Origin: Acidobacteriota bacterium
GTDB taxonomy: Bacteria; Acidobacteriota; Vicinamibacteria; Vicinamibacterales; SCN-69-37
Assembly: GCA_020853395.1 (NCBI GenBank)
Contig: JADYYY010000010.1
Span: 516,075-580,074 of the forward strand
DNA length: 64,000 nt
Direction of reading: 5' to 3'
The notes below the pieces were generated by a model. The model had not been told where the DNA came from. It saw only the letters and a list, made by a program, of their open reading frames with translations, and made no database searches. Every line of letters begins with the position of its first letter. The stretch's first letter is position 1. Position numbers and translations under genes: made by a program. Positions 56,536-64,000 of the stretch are shown piece by piece.

Positions 56536-58977
56536 CTACCGGCCGAGCGTGCGACCGATCGTCCGCTGGATGCCGTCGCGAACCGCCTGGATCGACGCGG
56601 GCGATCCCTCGAACAGGTGCTCAGGATACTTGGCGTACTGGAGCATGTCGGCGTAGATCGGACCGCTCTGATAGAGGTTCAGCCCCATCCCGGCGAGATA
56701 CTGCAGCTTCAGGTTCCGGTCGCGATTGATCGCCGCGTCCTTGAGCCACGGCGCCAGGTCGCTGGCCGTGCCGGCGTAGTTCGAGAGCAGGTCCACGGCC
56801 GAGAAGATGCCGATCTCCGCCAGCGACTGCTTCACCTGCGCGAACTTCGGATCGTCGAGCCTGGCCTGCAGCTCGTCGACGTTGATCTTCGTCGGCTCGA
56901 CCTGGCCCATCAGCACGAGGTCGTAGCCCTGCCCGTTGTTCGTGTTCCCCCAGACGACGCCGTTGGGAAACGCCTCGAGGAAAGTGCCGATCTCGCTCTT
57001 CACCGCCGCGGGATTGCTCTCGTAGAGCTGCACGAACAGCGTCACGACGCCGCCGGGATTCAGATGCCGCTTCACGATCTCGAAGAACTCCCGCGTGTAG
57101 AGCGTCGCCGCCCCCTTCACCCACGGGTCGAGCGGGTCCGACGTGATCGCGTCGAACATCTGGTCGGTCGTCAGCAGGAAGTGGCGGGCATCGTCGATGT
57201 GGACCGTGACCTTGGGGTTGTCCACGACGTTGTAATTGTGCTCGCCGAAGTACTTCGAGACGGACGCCGGCACCAGCGGCTCGATCTCGGCGATCGTCAT
57301 GTGCTCGACGAGCGGGCCGATCGACACCGCGCCGGCCGTGACGCCGGCGCCGCAGCCGATGACGAGGGCGTTCTTCGGCGCCTTCGGAATCAGGTGCGTG
57401 AAGTGGCCGAGCATCCGCTGCAGCCGCATGTCCTGAGGCTCGCTCGAGGCCTGCACCTTGCCGGCGTTGTGGTAGTTGCGGACGCCGGTCGACGTCTGGG
57501 ACACGGCGACGAACGCATTCATCCCTTCGCCGACGTAGATGATGTCGGTGAGCCCGACCCAGGTCGCGGCGTAGCGGCCGTACGCGACGAGGATGCCGGG
57601 CACGTCCGGCATCGAACGCACGACGAGGCCGGCGGCACCGGTGGCGGCGACGAGCAGCACGGTCATCACCCATCGCTGCGTCCTCGACCCGACCTGCTCG
57701 GTAATCACGGGGGCGAGCAGCATCAGCCCGGACAGGGCCGAGACGATAATCAGGATCTGCTGGGCTTCGGGCGTGCCGAAGTAGACGACCATCACCAGCC
57801 CCGACACGAGCGATCCGACGATGGCCCCCACGGTATTGGCCGCGTACACGCCGCCGACGAGCCTGCCGGCATCCTGCCCAGGCGCGGCGACCGCAGCGAG
57901 CGCAAGCGGAAAGCTGGCGCCCCAGAGGATCGCGCCAGGCAGCACGACCCAGAGGCATCTCACCATGTCGAGCTGGAAGTTGAACCACGGGTCCGACGCA
58001 ATCGACGGATTGATGGGCCAATACGGCAGCGAGCGCATCAGCATGTATGCCGCCCAGCCCATGGCGCCGCAGAGCAGGAGCTGGCACCAGCCGAGCGCCG
58101 CGCGCGGCCGTGCCGTGCTGCGCGCGATCGCCGACCCCAGGCTGCTGCCGATGCCGAGGCCGAACAGGAACACGCCGAGAATCAGCGAGAAGGCATAGAC
58201 CGTCGCCCCGAACAGCAGCGACAGCAAGCGCGTCCACAGGACCTCGGACGCGAGCGCCGTCATGCCCGACAGCGCAATCGCCAGATAGACGACGCCCGAG
58301 CCTTCGGCCCGGACCACGCCGCCGGCCGGTTCCGGCTCGGGCTCGTGCGAGGTCACGCGCGTGATGGCGAGCGCCGCCACCGCCACCGCCACGTTGAGCG
58401 CCGCGGCGACGAACGTCGTGACGGCGCTGTCGTACACGCGCAGCAGATAGAAGCCGGCGCCGAGGCTGCCGAGCACGGCGCCCGCGATGTTGCCTCCGTA
58501 GAAGAACCCGAGCCAGGACACGCCTTCGGGCGTCGTTCGGACCCAGCGGGCGATGGCCGGCAGCGTCGCGCCCATCATCAGCGTCGGCGGCAGCAGGCAC
58601 AACGCGGCGACGATCGCGCGCACGGCCACGTGGCCGCCACCGATCGCCGCGTAGATGCCGTTGACGAGCGGCATGCCGAACAGCAGGAGCAATCCCATCG
58701 CGCCGATGCCGAGCTCGAGGTAGGCATAGACGCGAAGAGGATGGTGCCGCGGATCGATGTACCGAGGCAGGACGAAGCTGCCGAGGCACATGCCGCCCAT
58801 GAACGTCCCGAGCAGCACGCCCAGCGAGATCGCCGAGGACCCGATGACCAGCTGCAGGAGCTGGAACCAGACGATCTCGTAGATCAGGGCCGCGCACCCG
58901 CTGCCCACGAACAGCAGGAGAATCGCCGGGAAGTAGGGGTTGGCCGTGCTCAGGGGTGAGGCCGATCGGTCGTTCAT
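56536..58977 (-). CDS. Fused polytopic membrane (MFS-like) / spermidine-synthase-like (aminopropyltransferase fold) protein
   Basis: 813 aa. The N-terminal ~480 aa hold many hydrophobic helices (FPAILLLFVGSGCAALIYEIVWFQLL, GFFYGGNIAGAVLGSLGAGFYLL, LWTRLLSLLFGATVYAFSLILGVFLFGLGIG). The C-terminal domain has ALVIGCGAGVTAGA, MTIAEIEPLV, VHIDDARHFL, FDAITSDPLDPWVKGAATLYTREFF and LNPGGVV, the motif order of spermidine synthases. A helical tail follows. Confidence 0.85.
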   Translation of the reverse strand: MNDRSASPLSTANPYFPAILLLFVGSGCAALIYEIVWFQLLQLVIGSSAISLGVLLGTFMGGMCLGSFVLPRYIDPRHHPLRVYAYLELGIGAMGLLLLFGMPLVNGIYAAIGGGHVAVRAIVAALCLLPPTLMMGATLPAIARWVRTTPEGVSWLGFFYGGNIAGAVLGSLGAGFYLLRVYDSAVTTFVAAALNVAVAVAALAITRVTSHEPEPEPAGGVVRAEGSGVVYLAIALSGMTALASEVLWTRLLSLLFGATVYAFSLILGVFLFGLGIGSSLGSAIARSTARPRAALGWCQLLLCGAMGWAAYMLMRSLPYWPINPSIASDPWFNFQLDMVRCLWVVLPGAILWGASFPLALAAVAAPGQDAGRLVGGVYAANTVGAIVGSLVSGLVMVVYFGTPEAQQILIIVSALSGLMLLAPVITEQVGSRTQRWVMTVLLVAATGAAGLVVRSMPDVPGILVAYGRYAATWVGLTDIIYVGEGMNAFVAVSQTSTGVRNYHNAGKVQASSEPQDMRLQRMLGHFTHLIPKAPKNALVIGCGAGVTAGAVSIGPLVEHMTIAEIEPLVPASVSKYFGEHNYNVVDNPKVTVHIDDARHFLLTTDQMFDAITSDPLDPWVKGAATLYTREFFEIVKRHLNPGGVVTLFVQLYESNPAAVKSEIGTFLEAFPNGVVWGNTNNGQGYDLVLMGQVEPTKINVDELQARLDDPKFAQVKQSLAEIGIFSAVDLLSNYAGTASDLAPWLKDAAINRDRNLKLQYLAGMGLNLYQSGPIYADMLQYAKYPEHLFEGSPASIQAVRDGIQRTIGRTLGR

Positions 58978-59189
58978 AAGCTGGGGGATCCTATCTCAAA
59001 GCGACAGCGGCACGGGCCTTACTACGACAGGACGGGCGCTGGCGTTCACCGGGACCGGCGAACGGGCCGGCACCGCGTCTAGTCTACACAGCGAAGATGA
59101 CCGGATCGACGGCACGCGCGCGACCGCGCCGCGTCCTGAACACACGAACCAACGTTCGCCGCCGGTCGCAAGCGGCTCTGCTGTCCGCG

Positions 59190-59226
59190 CCAAACACAAC
59201 GGGCGCGCCGGTGTCCCGGCGCGCCC
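59190..59226 (-). terminator. Rho-independent-type terminator downstream of rpoC
   Basis: The minus-strand RNA has GGGCGCGCCGG-gaca-CCGGCGCGCCC (perfect 11-bp stem), followed by GUUGUGUUUGG, about 90 nt after the rpoC stop. Confidence 0.55.
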
Positions 59227-59314
59227 GTCGCTGACGCTCACTCGCGCGATCCGCCGATCCTCACTCGCCAGCGCAACCGGCCATCCTCGAATGGCCGATC
59301 GGTCCGGCGCGCCG

Positions 59315-63532
<4,218 letters not shown>

Positions 63533-63616
63533 GGATCTCCCTGTTGCTCAAACGTCCCATTACCGTGGCCGGCAGAGGCGCGTCGGCCGGTGTCGCGCCG
63601 TGACGCGCGATCACCT

Positions 63617-63658
63617 TTTCCCTCTTTCCTTTGCCCTCTGCCCTTTGCCCTTTGCCCT
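63617..63658. repeat. Tandem heptamer repeat in the rpoB-rpoC intergenic region
   Basis: The plus strand reads TTTCCCT CTTTCCT TTGCCCT CTGCCCT TTGCCCT TTGCCCT, six heptamers of which the last four are near-identical. This makes a purine-rich (AGGGCAA)n tract in the mRNA sense. Confidence 0.8.
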
Positions 63659-63662
63659 TGTC

Positions 63663-64000
<338 letters not shown>

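Noticed and set aside
55228-58959. 1243-aa plus-strand ORF antisense to paralog A and the fused membrane/SpeE-like gene
   Set aside because: Same reasoning. The sense strand encodes coherent TM helices and SpeE motifs, while the antisense translation is Arg/Asp-rich noise.
50747-58977. The six-gene block as a genomic island or mobile element
   Set aside because: There is no integrase, transposase or recombinase gene, no tRNA attachment site and no flanking direct or inverted repeats. By eye there is no compositional break relative to the neighbouring ribosomal genes (not computed). It is treated as a resident operon.
58996-59241. 81-aa minus-strand ORF in the rpoC-to-fused-gene spacer
   Set aside because: It overlaps the rpoC terminator hairpin, lacks an RBS and has a low-complexity composition. 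It is probably non-coding.
63617-63658. Heptamer repeats as a CRISPR array or mobile-element end
   Set aside because: The units are 7 nt with no spacers, the total length is about 42 nt, and no cas or transposase genes are nearby. It is a simple microsatellite-like tract.

Overview
Very GC-rich bacterial chromosomal window (GC not computed). The lineage cannot be determined without a search; several protein architectures resemble Acidobacteriota, which is a low-confidence inference. Almost everything from 9.4 kb to 64 kb is on the minus strand. Left to right the window holds: the 5' part of smc, an S41 C-terminal processing protease, tatC-tatA, a large multidomain OmpA-family protein, proS and aroB. 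Next comes a type IV pilus locus (9.4-23.0 kb): a minor-pilin operon, pilD, a TPR protein, an ABC-2 transporter pair, a VKOR-DsbA fusion, pilA behind a perfect sigma54 promoter, pilC-pilT-pilB, and an outer-membrane beta-barrel gene. It is followed by a Yip1/HlyD/two FtsX-type permease operon with no ATPase gene, a divergent EF-G paralog and an M28 peptidase. Then there is an unbroken ~19 kb str-S10-spc-alpha ribosomal super-operon (34 genes, rpsL to rplQ, no tuf), followed by rpoC and the 3' end of rpoB. The stand-out is an ~8.2 kb six-gene minus-strand operon (50747-58977) wedged between rpoC and rpsL. It encodes an 813-aa polytopic membrane protein fused to a spermidine-synthase-like domain, followed by five tightly packed tandem paralogs (361-411 aa). 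The paralogs have signal-like N-termini and I cannot assign them to a characterised family. Their conserved motif order resembles a Rossmann/class-I methyltransferase-like fold. I propose this as the candidate undescribed system. No tRNA, rRNA, CRISPR array or mobile element was recognised. Many long ORFs in the track are GC-driven artefacts (antisense or out of frame) and were rejected. All coordinates and motifs were read by eye from the sequence; no searches or computations were run.
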